This document shows positions 37,859 to 49,519 of a stretch of DNA of 64,000 nt, in pieces. Numbering within the stretch: position 1 is the first letter of the stretch; each line of letters starts with the position of its first letter. The notes under the pieces were generated by a model. That model did no database searches, was not told the origin of the DNA, and was given only the letters and a program-made list of their open reading frames with translations. The DNA comes from Candidatus Poribacteria bacterium. Its GTDB lineage: Bacteria > Poribacteria > WGA-4E > WGA-3G. The stretch lies in NCBI GenBank assembly GCA_964291315.2, contig OZ219750.1, positions 224,001 to 288,000 on the forward strand. Reading direction: 5' to 3'. Both the position numbers and the translations under genes were made by a program.

Positions 37859-39589
37859 CTATCTACCGGCTTTGAAGGCATCAAATTTTTGACGCAATTC
37901 CACGTTGTCTGGTTCGAGTTGTATGGCTTGTTCTAGAGCTTGCAATGCCTTTTTCTTTAAACCTTTTTGTCGATAAGCATCTGCAAGATGCAAAAAAACT
38001 ATAGGTGTATCTGGAAGATAATGGATTGCCAGTTCCAATTTCTCTATCGCCGCATCTAGTTTTCCTTGTTTGAAATAAATAAGCCCCAAACTATCAAGGT
38101 ACGCCCCAGATGTTGGTGAGCTTTTTAGTGCGCGACGGACGAGTGCCGCTGCCTCATCCAAGTTGATACCTTGTTCAGCATAGAGATAACCTAAGGCGTT
38201 ATAAACATCTGGCAATTCGATTTTTGAAGACAACTCAATGGCCCGACGAAGGTAGGTTTCTGCGCGTTTGCGGTCATCTAACATCTGATAGGCCATTCCG
38301 ATCCCGGAAAGAGCATCGACATAATTAGCGTCGATTGCTAGCATCTTTGAAAAGGTTTCAACGGCCTTCTGTGGTACGTTGAATCTAATATAGATCTGCC
38401 CGAGTGCGTAACGCATATCTTGCAGACTTGTAGTCAATGCAACGCGGTCAGCGCTTGTAACACGACGAGTTCCGTCTCTTATCGAATGAACTTGTTTTTC
38501 CAATATATTGATTGCGTGCCTGATATGAAATTCGGCTTTTTCAAAGTCGTTTTTTGCTTCATAAGCGAGGCCAATACCATAGTGTGCATCAATTTCATCT
38601 ACGCTGGTTTCAAGTAAGGCACTAGCTTCTCTCTGATTCCTGGGACTGCTTGTGTTAATCTGATTGTCTGTTTGTGCCTCAAGCTGTGTCAGAATAGCAA
38701 GAAAGGTTTTTATCGCCGCAGAATAGTTGTTTGTTTGGAGGTAAAGTTGGCCGAGGTGGTTCCGGGTGCTGAGTTGTTCTGGGAGAATGGTTACAACTCT
38801 TTCATAGGAAAGCACAGCCTCGGCGAGACGATTTTGCATCTCATAGAGCTCACCGAGCTCTATATGAAATTGAGCTTCAAAAGGCATAATCCGGGTTAGC
38901 GCTTTGAAAGACGTAGTTGCAAGTTCAATTTGTCCGAGATCCCGCGCTATGGTGCCGAGATAATAATGTGCCCCGTGATGGTCTATATCTAACTCGATGA
39001 CCTGTTTCAAAACTGCAAGCATCTCTTCTTGTAGTGCTTGAGCTCGCGCATCGCGTCTATTTTCTTGGATAGACGAAAAGACCTTGCGTCTCAATATTTG
39101 AGCGAGAAGCCATGTTGCTGGCACATTTTCAGAATTAAGATCGATGGCTTTCCTTACGTCATCCTCTGCTCCTTTGATGTTTCGGAGTGTGTTAAATCGG
39201 AGTGTAGCACGTTCTGTATAAATGAAACTTATATCATTCATCGACACAAATCTATCCGAATCATCCAAAGATTCATTGTCAAGCCCGAACTTTTTTATTA
39301 GGGCATCATAGGCAGCCTTGCTTTCGCGGATGTTTTGCTCACCGGTGCCGCAATAGACAGCCCACATAAGGTTGGTATAAAACTCTGAAGCACGCCTCAT
39401 CTCAGCGTCTAATCCTGTAACCGTATTGATAGGGGCTACTAATTCCGGGGTTTCGAATGGAACTATCATTTCCGAATTGCTAGTAGTAGGGGACGAATCA
39501 ACGCCTTTGTACTGGCTGTATCCATTATGCCCAAGGATGAAGCATGTTGTCATCAGAGCAAGGGTTATGAACATATTAAGGTGTTTCAT
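37859..39589 (-). CDS. Exported TPR-repeat protein
   Basis: Signal peptide; many TPRs; C-terminal NALGY.YAE.G.NL.EA...AYLDSLG..YFK motif. Confidence 0.88.
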   Translation of the reverse strand: MKHLNMFITLALMTTCFILGHNGYSQYKGVDSSPTTSNSEMIVPFETPELVAPINTVTGLDAEMRRASEFYTNLMWAVYCGTGEQNIRESKAAYDALIKKFGLDNESLDDSDRFVSMNDISFIYTERATLRFNTLRNIKGAEDDVRKAIDLNSENVPATWLLAQILRRKVFSSIQENRRDARAQALQEEMLAVLKQVIELDIDHHGAHYYLGTIARDLGQIELATTSFKALTRIMPFEAQFHIELGELYEMQNRLAEAVLSYERVVTILPEQLSTRNHLGQLYLQTNNYSAAIKTFLAILTQLEAQTDNQINTSSPRNQREASALLETSVDEIDAHYGIGLAYEAKNDFEKAEFHIRHAINILEKQVHSIRDGTRRVTSADRVALTTSLQDMRYALGQIYIRFNVPQKAVETFSKMLAIDANYVDALSGIGMAYQMLDDRKRAETYLRRAIELSSKIELPDVYNALGYLYAEQGINLDEAAALVRRALKSSPTSGAYLDSLGLIYFKQGKLDAAIEKLELAIHYLPDTPIVFLHLADAYRQKGLKKKALQALEQAIQLEPDNVELRQKFDAFKAGR

Positions 39590-39730
39590 TTTGTTCTCCA
39601 GGTGGCTATCGGTTGTCTGTAGTGTGCTTGGGGGAGGAAGATGCTTGCGACTGTCACAAAGTTTTTTGCTAAGATCGACAGTGCTCCGAGAGCCATTTCA
39701 TATGTTTTTAAATATTTCCTTAGAAACGTT

Positions 39731-42259
39731 TTAAGAATCGGGTTCTCTCTCAAGCAGGAAAGAAGAAAGCTCAATCTTGGCAGCATCAACAAGTGTTTCC
39801 TCGTTTTGGAGTGCCATGATGCGTACACCTTGAGTATTTCGCCCGATACGCCTGATATCCGAAACAGCAGTCCGGGTTACATATCCGTTTGAGCTGATGA
39901 GAACGATCTCATCGTTCTTTCCAACACGGTTTGCTGCAACTACTGCTCCGTTTCGGGTAGATTTGCCAATGGCAATGATTCCCTTTCCACCGCGTTTCTG
40001 TGAACGGTAGGCAGAAACAGCGGTGCGCTTGCCATATCCATTTTCTGTAACAATCAGCAAGTCCTCTTCTTCCTGATCGGTCGCGTTTTGGGCCTCTTGT
40101 TCCTCCTCAGGTTCCTCGCCCTTAGCGATGACCATCTGGGCAACGAAGTCTTCGGAGCCGAGCTCTATACCACGAACGCCGCGTGTGTTACGTCCAAGTG
40201 CTCTAACGTCCTTTTCGCTGAATCTAATAGCAATCCCTCTGTGGGTAACCAGAATAACATTTGAAGTGCCGTCCGTTACTTGTGCACCGATGAGTTTGTC
40301 CCCGTCATCAAGTTTCACTGCGATGATGCCGCTTGACAGTGTGTTCTCGAGACTAGCAAGTTCTGTCTTTTTGACAATGCCGCGCTGCGTTGCCATGAAG
40401 ACAAAAGCGTTGCTTATGGCACTATCTCTGTTAGCCGAGATGTCTTTGGGCGGAACAGGGACGTATGCGGTGATGTTTTCCCCTTGTGATAAGCGGAGTA
40501 GATTAACGACGGCGCGCCCTGCAGATTGTCGTCGTGCTTCGGGAATTTGATGAACTTTTAGCGTATAACACTTACCCCAATCTGTGAAGAACAGAATGTT
40601 CTGATGTGCAGTTGCAACAAAAATGTGTTCTAGAAAATCTCCATCTTTAGTTGAAGCTCCCTTAATTCCGACACCGCCCCGGTGTTGTTTTCGGTAGGTA
40701 TCCATAGGCAGTCGTTTAATATAACCAGCATGAGATAGGGTAACGACCATTTCTTCATCGGCAATAAGGTCTTCTATTTCAAATTCTTTGATTTCACCCG
40801 TAATTTCAGTGCGACGTTCATCACCGTATTTTTCCTTGAGAGTTTCGAGCTCTGTGCGGATAATATCGGTTACCAGTGTTTCGCTAGCAAGGATAGCGCG
40901 AAGTTCCGCGATACGGTCCAGCAGGTCGGTATATTCATTATGAATTCGTTGGCGCTCAAGGCCTGTCAGCTGGCGAAGCGTCATAGTGAGGATTTCTCTG
41001 GCTTGCTCTTTACTGAGTTGATAGGTGTCTTGTAGTTGCTGCTCCGCCGTTTGCGGAGATTCAGCAGTCTGAACGAGTTCTATGATTGCTTCAAGGTTTT
41101 GTAGCGCGAGCAGGTATCCTTCAAGAATATGACTTCTACGTTCTGCGCGCGCAAGATCGAACTGTGTACGACGACGAATCACCTCCCTGCGATGCGCAAG
41201 ATAGTGGCTGAGAATCTCCTCGAGCGTCAAAACTTTCGGAAGCCCCTCAACCAGGCAGAGTATATTTGCACTAAAGTTTGTTTGCATCTGGGTATGCTTA
41301 TACAACTGATTGAGGATAACTTGTGCTATTTCTCCGCGTTTGAGCAGTATAACGATCCGTATTTCTTTGTCAGACTCGTCTTTAATGTCGGCTATTCCGG
41401 TAATTGTTTTGCTGACGACTAAATTGTACATCCGCTCAAGAAGTTGATTTTTCTTTATTTGATACGGAATTTCAGTTATAATTATTTGTTCCCGGTCTGC
41501 TCCTGACCCGGATGCAGAAATTCTTTCTATGAATGCTTTAGCACGCATCGTTACACTGCCTCTGCCGGTGGTGTACATCTGCTGAATACCATCTGTGCCA
41601 ACGATAACACCTGCTGTTGGAAAGTCAGGACCGATGATATATTCCATAAGTGTTTGGGTATCGGCATCTGGGTTGGTAAGTTTGCAGAGAAGCGCGTCAA
41701 CTACCTCTCCGAGGTTATGCGGCGGTATGCGCGTTAAATAACCTACACCAATACCTGTTGTGCCGTTAACAAGCAGGTTTGGTAGAAGCCCAGGTAGGAC
41801 GGTTGGTTCTTCAAGGGAATCCTTGTAGTTCGGTTGAAAATCAACTACTTGTTTCTCTATATCGGTAAGCATCTCCGAAGCAATAGTAGCGAGACGACAT
41901 TCGGTATAACGCATCGCCCCCGGTGGGTCATCGTCAATACTACCGAAGTTCCCTTGTCCATCTATCAATGGATAGCGCATGTTGAACGGTTGTGCTAAAC
42001 CTACAAGTGTACCATAAATTGGACCGTCGCCGTGTGGGTGAAAATTTTTCATCACCTCCCCGACGACAGCTGCACACTTATCATAGGGCCGATTTGAGGT
42101 GAGGTTTATCTCTCCCATTGCATAAATAATGCGACGTGTGCCCGGCTTCATACCGTCGCGGACATCGGGTATTGCTCTGTTAGTATTGACGCTCATCGCA
42201 TAAGTAAGGTACGATGTTGTCAGTTCATTCTCTATATTGCGTTCTTGGATGTTTTCCAT
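39731..42259 (-). CDS. gyrA: DNA gyrase subunit A
   Basis: RAIPDVRDG.KP, HPHGD, AMRYTE, GyrA-box-like QHRGGVG, C-terminal pinwheel repeats. Confidence 0.98.
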   Translation of the reverse strand: MENIQERNIENELTTSYLTYAMSVNTNRAIPDVRDGMKPGTRRIIYAMGEINLTSNRPYDKCAAVVGEVMKNFHPHGDGPIYGTLVGLAQPFNMRYPLIDGQGNFGSIDDDPPGAMRYTECRLATIASEMLTDIEKQVVDFQPNYKDSLEEPTVLPGLLPNLLVNGTTGIGVGYLTRIPPHNLGEVVDALLCKLTNPDADTQTLMEYIIGPDFPTAGVIVGTDGIQQMYTTGRGSVTMRAKAFIERISASGSGADREQIIITEIPYQIKKNQLLERMYNLVVSKTITGIADIKDESDKEIRIVILLKRGEIAQVILNQLYKHTQMQTNFSANILCLVEGLPKVLTLEEILSHYLAHRREVIRRRTQFDLARAERRSHILEGYLLALQNLEAIIELVQTAESPQTAEQQLQDTYQLSKEQAREILTMTLRQLTGLERQRIHNEYTDLLDRIAELRAILASETLVTDIIRTELETLKEKYGDERRTEITGEIKEFEIEDLIADEEMVVTLSHAGYIKRLPMDTYRKQHRGGVGIKGASTKDGDFLEHIFVATAHQNILFFTDWGKCYTLKVHQIPEARRQSAGRAVVNLLRLSQGENITAYVPVPPKDISANRDSAISNAFVFMATQRGIVKKTELASLENTLSSGIIAVKLDDGDKLIGAQVTDGTSNVILVTHRGIAIRFSEKDVRALGRNTRGVRGIELGSEDFVAQMVIAKGEEPEEEQEAQNATDQEEEDLLIVTENGYGKRTAVSAYRSQKRGGKGIIAIGKSTRNGAVVAANRVGKNDEIVLISSNGYVTRTAVSDIRRIGRNTQGVRIMALQNEETLVDAAKIELSSFLLEREPDS

Positions 42260-42386
42260 GTTACTTTTTCTATTGACTGCGGTTAATCATTTCTAAAATT
42301 ATAAAGGAAATGCCTTGCTGATGGATCGCAGCGAATCGCAAATAAGGTGTCCTAAAAGGTATGTGTGAGGCTTCTATATGTGTAGA

Positions 42387-44930
<2,544 letters not shown>

Positions 44931-45139
44931 TTATGGTACCTCGCTATGGTTGACCAAATGGAATTAACCGTTTGTTTCTGTTGGTGCGTCCTATCGGTTA
45001 GGATAACTTTTTGTAAATAATATATATTAAGTATAACGTAATTAGGAGTAAAGTAGTTTCAACGTTGTATAAGGGGGCCTTTGTTTTGTTAACCTTATTA
45101 GGACTCTAATAAATAGGATACTCTATTTTCAGGGATTTG

Positions 45140-45622
45140 TCAAGGCTTATCTGTGCTTTGTGCCATGAATAGCTGCCGAAGCGATTTTTTCAATCTTTCG
45201 TCTGTTACGCTGGCGAGGATCTGCTCAATCTGCTCTAATTTTTCGGCAGTTGTACGATCAGGCGTAGCAGTGGTAGACGACTTGGGCGATTCGTGTTGGA
45301 TTGTTTCGTCAGAAGGTGTTGCAGTGCTCACCAGACGTAACTCTATCCGGAGATCCGTGAGGATGGGTTGATCTAGCTCTGCGTTCAGATTTGCTATAAT
45401 ACTTTCTTTGTGGAGTAAGATCTCTGTCTTATAAGGTGGATATTCAGTGTAGATTTTTAGGACTCCTTCCGAAAGCGACATAGGCATGGTCTTTGTACCA
45501 AAGGGGATGCCAAGGTGTTTCCGCCAAAGGTCAAAGACTCTCTGCTCAAGTATCTTAGGTTCCATGTCACTTTTCCGAATAATTTCTGTTAGGATGTTTC
45601 GTAGTTGCTCTGTTTTCCGCAT
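45140..45622 (-). CDS. dciA: DUF721/DciA-family protein
   Basis: W...G......T.P..L..GVL.I pattern and the recF-X-gyrB position. Confidence 0.75.
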   Translation of the reverse strand: MRKTEQLRNILTEIIRKSDMEPKILEQRVFDLWRKHLGIPFGTKTMPMSLSEGVLKIYTEYPPYKTEILLHKESIIANLNAELDQPILTDLRIELRLVSTATPSDETIQHESPKSSTTATPDRTTAEKLEQIEQILASVTDERLKKSLRQLFMAQSTDKP

Positions 45623-45640
45623 TTGTGGACCTTTTGATGC

Positions 45641-47020
45641 TTATTGTTGTAAGTAGTTTGCGTGACTGATCCGGGCGTTCTTGACGGTTAGGATGTTGGG
45701 TTTATGGAGGTGATGTACGATCGGTTCTGCATGTGTTGCTGTGATGAAGGTCTGTGCACTCAGGTTTTGGAGGACATCCAACAGATAACCTATACGTTTA
45801 TAATCTAATTCCGACGTAACATCATCGAGGAGCACAATCGGATTTCTGCCTGTTGCTGCACGAATCAATTCTAATTCCGCTAGTTTGAGTGCCAATGCAA
45901 TAGTCCGTTGTTGCCCCTGTGATCCATAAGCACGTGCAACTTCTCTGCGCGTTCCGATTTCCTCATTTTGGCATTGGTATCGTTGTTGAACTGACACAAC
46001 TTTTGTAGCTGGAAGTTGCGTCGGTTTATTTGTCCTGTCTTCGGTATTGTCAAAGGTTTCTGCTTCGTTCTCGCTTAAAAAAGTAGAAAGATAGTTCTCC
46101 AATTCAATCAAAAAATCGTCGCGGTGCGGTCCAACTAGTGTTGTCCCCCGTTGTAGGTCTGCGGGGCGTGAAGCGCTTAACATCTCACTAAATTGTGCTG
46201 TAATCTCGCTTTCGCTTGTCATCCGAACCGAACCAACTTCAGACTCAGCCAATGAATTCATGTCTGTAGATTTGAGTTCGGACTTACTATTTTTTGTCCT
46301 ATTCATTGATATATCGTTCTGTATTGATATTGAGGCAGAGCGATATGTCAACGCTAGACTTTCCTGCCCGCCCGTAAGTTTCTTATAGTTGTTCACAACG
46401 TATTTTTTTAACTCGTGAAATACTTCTAAGCGTTTTATCGTGATGCCGGTGCCATGTGTGAGCAAAAGTTTGTCCCAAGCATCTAACTGTACTGTATCCG
46501 CGAAAGTTGTACGAATCTGCTTTAGTAGTTCGTTCCGTTGTTTGAGAACTGATCTATAATTCTGCAGATGTTGTAGATAATCGCTATCAATCTGAGCGAT
46601 CATCAAGTCCAAAAATCTCCTGCGCTCGGCTGGGGCCCCTTTCACTAATATTAGAGATTCCGGGGCGAAGAATACTACGTTAAACTGCCCAATCCATTCA
46701 GAGCGTTTTGCATGAAGGATGCCGTTTTTTTTCAATTTAAATTGCCCGCGGGCCCGCTTCGATGCCTCTAGAGATAGTACATCATCGCTACTGTTTGTTA
46801 ACACCCCTTTCAGGTAAAAACCGGGTTCGTTGTGCCGAATTAGCTCAGCATCTCGTGTGGCACGGTGGGATTCAGCAGTACAAAGAAAATAGATGGCTTC
46901 GAGCAAATTTGTTTTGCCTTGGGCGTTTCCACCGATGAGCAGGTTAACCGGCTCGGAAAAGCTAACTTCACAATTGACATAGTTACGGAAATTACGCAGG
47001 ATAATGTTGTTTAATAGCAT
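45641..47020 (-). CDS. recF: DNA replication/repair protein RecF (with insertions)
   Basis: NFRNY, G.NAQGKTNLLEAI, GPHRDD, GSQGQQR, LLDDV.SELD. Confidence 0.96.
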   Translation of the reverse strand: MLLNNIILRNFRNYVNCEVSFSEPVNLLIGGNAQGKTNLLEAIYFLCTAESHRATRDAELIRHNEPGFYLKGVLTNSSDDVLSLEASKRARGQFKLKKNGILHAKRSEWIGQFNVVFFAPESLILVKGAPAERRRFLDLMIAQIDSDYLQHLQNYRSVLKQRNELLKQIRTTFADTVQLDAWDKLLLTHGTGITIKRLEVFHELKKYVVNNYKKLTGGQESLALTYRSASISIQNDISMNRTKNSKSELKSTDMNSLAESEVGSVRMTSESEITAQFSEMLSASRPADLQRGTTLVGPHRDDFLIELENYLSTFLSENEAETFDNTEDRTNKPTQLPATKVVSVQQRYQCQNEEIGTRREVARAYGSQGQQRTIALALKLAELELIRAATGRNPIVLLDDVTSELDYKRIGYLLDVLQNLSAQTFITATHAEPIVHHLHKPNILTVKNARISHANYLQQ

Positions 47021-47124
47021 TGATTTTCGGGGTGCAAAAAATTGTTCGTTGTTTTTGAGCTGGATGTGTAAGTAAAATATTTCATCCTTGTTAACTTATT
47101 AACTTGTTTGCGCCTTTTCCTAAT

Positions 47125-47400
47125 TGTACTATTCTCAATATATATATGTACTTATAAGAAGCTAGTAACAGTAGTAGGGGCTGTGGATAAGTGCATAACT
47201 CTCTTAAACCCTTATGGCCATGATAATTGCCTGTTGATAACTTGTGCATAACTTTCCGAGTTATGCACAAGTTATCAACAACATTTCCCAGTCTCCGAGT
47301 TATGCACAAGTTATGCACAAGTTATGCACATTATTTCATATAGTTATGCACAAGTTATGCACATTATTTCATATAGTTATGCACAAGTTATGCACACTTT
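47125..47400. promoter_or_regulatory. Chromosomal replication origin oriC (DnaA-box array, DnaA-trios, AT-rich DUE)
   Basis: TGTGGATAA at 47182; nine TTATGCACA (47243 reverse, 47261, 47300, 47311, 47322, 47344, 47355, 47377, 47388); two TTATCAACA. Minus strand TTATCCACA-GCCCC-TACTACTGTTACTAG then an AT-rich tract. Lies directly downstream of dnaA. Confidence 0.92.
47309..47396 (+). repeat. 33-bp tandem repeat (2.7 copies) AGTTATGCACAAGTTATGCACATTATTTCATAT
   Basis: Exact copies at 47309-47341 and 47342-47374; partial copy at 47375-47396. Confidence 0.95.
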
Positions 47401-47512
47401 TTTACAAGGTTAGCAGACAATTCAGGTTAAAAAACGCGAACGTTAGTAAAGTAAAAAAATAAAGCATTGGAATTGGCATCTGTGGTTGGTGCGTGCAAAA
47501 CTTTAAAATTGA

Positions 47513-48892
47513 TTAGCGGAACAGATCGAGGAGTATCGTAATTACTTGCCGTTCCTCGTCACTTTCATCCATTATTTTTTCTATTTGCTTACATGCGTGA
47601 ATGACAGTCGTATGGTTTTCCCTGTTAAAGGCTTGTGCGATATTTGCATAGGACATTTGCGTTAGTTCTCTGCAGAGGTACATAGCGATTTGACGGGGTT
47701 GTACCAATTCCTTGGTTCGCTTGTGAGACACGAGGTCGATTGCTTCGATACCAAAATAATCGGCAACAGATGTTTGTATTCCTTTTAATGTAGCGGATTT
47801 CCGCTGTTGTGATGAGTAGCTAGTGTTGACGTCCCCAAGGATCTGTCGAGCGAAATCTACGCTCAGGTTCTCCTTAAGTATTGAAGCTTGTGCCATAAGG
47901 CGAACGAGGGTTCCTTCGAGTTCGCGTATATTAGTTGTGACGACTTCGGCGATGTAGCTGAGTACTTCATTAGGGAGATGATTCATTCCTTGGTCTTGAC
48001 ATTTTTGTTGGAGGATGGCGATTCGCAGCTCATATTGTGGTTTATCAATTTCAGCGACCATACCCCATTCGAAGCGCGAACGCAGGCGTTCTTTGACGTT
48101 TTCCAGGTTTCTAGGTGGTCGGTCGCTGGTCATAACTATCTGGTTTGAGTTGGTATGTAGGTCATTGAAGGTATTGAAGAATTCATCTTGTGTTCCCTCT
48201 TTTCGTTCTAGGAATTGTATATCGTCGATGAGGAGCATGTCGGCGGTGCGATATTTTGTCCGGAAACCTTGTGCTGATGTTCGGTTGACGATAGATTCTA
48301 CATATTCATTCATGAAAGTTTCTGAGGTAACGTACAGCACTTTCTTTTCTGGCTGATTCGCTGAAAGCCGGTTGCCGATTGCGTGCAGCAAATGTGTCTT
48401 GCCTAGACCTACTTCACCATAGATAAAAAGTGGATTATAGTCGCCTCCAGGGTTTTCTGATACAGCTAATGCGGTTGCATGACATACTCGGTTGCCGAAG
48501 CCGACGACGAATCTATCAAATCGATAATTTGGGTTGAGACCAGTTTGTTCTTGTCGCGTTAGCGTGAGAGTGTTTTTGATCGGGGTGTTCCTTGAGTTGC
48601 TCGATGTTTCGTTCTGCGTTTCATCTGGTTCTTGATGCTCATGAGAAATTGATTCGTCTACAATGAGGGTAAGAGCGCATTGGGTGCCGATCAATGTGCT
48701 TAGGACCCGTTGAATATTGGTGCGAAATCGTTCCTCTATCCTGGTCCGCGTGTAGGTTGAAGGAACAGCTATCTTCAAGGCTTCTTTTGTAACTGAGATC
48801 GGAACTGCTTGATGGAGATAGACATCCTGCTGTGCTGCATCGCTGAGTTTTTCTAGTATTTCTAACCAAATTTCGTTTGGAGTCTGCCGCAT
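47513..48892 (-). CDS. dnaA: Chromosomal replication initiator DnaA
   Basis: YNPLFIYG.VGLGKTHL, LLIDDIQF, RLRSRFEWG, NIRELEG, PRQIAMYL, HTTVIHA. Confidence 0.98.
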   Translation of the reverse strand: MRQTPNEIWLEILEKLSDAAQQDVYLHQAVPISVTKEALKIAVPSTYTRTRIEERFRTNIQRVLSTLIGTQCALTLIVDESISHEHQEPDETQNETSSNSRNTPIKNTLTLTRQEQTGLNPNYRFDRFVVGFGNRVCHATALAVSENPGGDYNPLFIYGEVGLGKTHLLHAIGNRLSANQPEKKVLYVTSETFMNEYVESIVNRTSAQGFRTKYRTADMLLIDDIQFLERKEGTQDEFFNTFNDLHTNSNQIVMTSDRPPRNLENVKERLRSRFEWGMVAEIDKPQYELRIAILQQKCQDQGMNHLPNEVLSYIAEVVTTNIRELEGTLVRLMAQASILKENLSVDFARQILGDVNTSYSSQQRKSATLKGIQTSVADYFGIEAIDLVSHKRTKELVQPRQIAMYLCRELTQMSYANIAQAFNRENHTTVIHACKQIEKIMDESDEERQVITILLDLFR

Positions 48893-49063
48893 AAGATAAA
48901 TCCTACGTATATTTTCTGATGAGTGCTTGTAAGCCGCGCCCTGCTTACTCTATTTGTGGGCAAAAGCTTCCGGGTTATGTATTTTAGGAACACTTTGTAT
49001 GAAGTATGTATAAGCTTAAGGTCCAATAAGGCTTGCTGTTAAGTGTTAATATTTCAAAAAAAT

Positions 49064-49092
49064 ATCATACCACTTTTTGGCGGAGTTGTCAA
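49064..49092 (-). promoter_or_regulatory. sigma70 promoter of dnaA
   Basis: Minus strand TTGACA (49092-49087), 17 bp, extended -10 TGgTATGAT. Confidence 0.7.
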
Positions 49093-49211
49093 AAGTCTTA
49101 TCGAGGAAAATCTGTAGTATGGACCCCATTGGTAAAATATTCTGGACTGAAATTGGAATTTTGTCAATCCGTTTTTTCTCGATTTCTTGAGATAAAAATT
49201 CCTCGAAAAAT

Positions 49212-49240
49212 TTGACAAACGCTCAGAAATAAAGTATCAT
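49212..49240 (+). promoter_or_regulatory. sigma70 promoter of rpmH
   Basis: TTGACA (49212-49217), 17 bp, TATCAT (49235-49240). Confidence 0.7.
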
Positions 49241-49353
49241 TTTAAAAATGAAATATGATGCTCTCTGACACGGACCCTGAAAGGCATGAGATGAGAAACA
49301 GAACATAGTGCCTTTGTTCACTTCGCGCAAAGATAAGAAAAAAGGAGATATTC

Positions 49354-49488
49354 ATGAAACGCACATATCAGCCACATCGGCGTAAGCGGAAAAATAAATT
49401 CGGGTTCCGTAAACGAATGTCGACGCGGTATGGAAGGCAGACGATTGCCCGCCGTCGCGCCAAGGGCCGAAAAGTCTTAAGTGCCTAA
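49354..49488 (+). CDS. rpmH: 50S ribosomal protein L34 (not in ORF track)
   Basis: [44 protein letters not shown]; AAGGAG RBS; divergent from dnaA. Confidence 0.98.
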   Translation: MKRTYQPHRRKRKNKFGFRKRMSTRYGRQTIARRRAKGRKVLSA

Positions 49489-49519
49489 AATAGTCGCCTC
49501 GATTTGAAAACAAACACAA

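Noticed and set aside
47232-47396. CRISPR array
   Set aside because: Repeats are contiguous with no unique spacers and no cas genes; the units are DnaA boxes next to dnaA.
47091-47462. ORFs 47091-47318 (-) and 47244-47462 (+)
   Set aside because: Repetitive translations (VMHKLCTLFH) of the origin repeats; not credible proteins.
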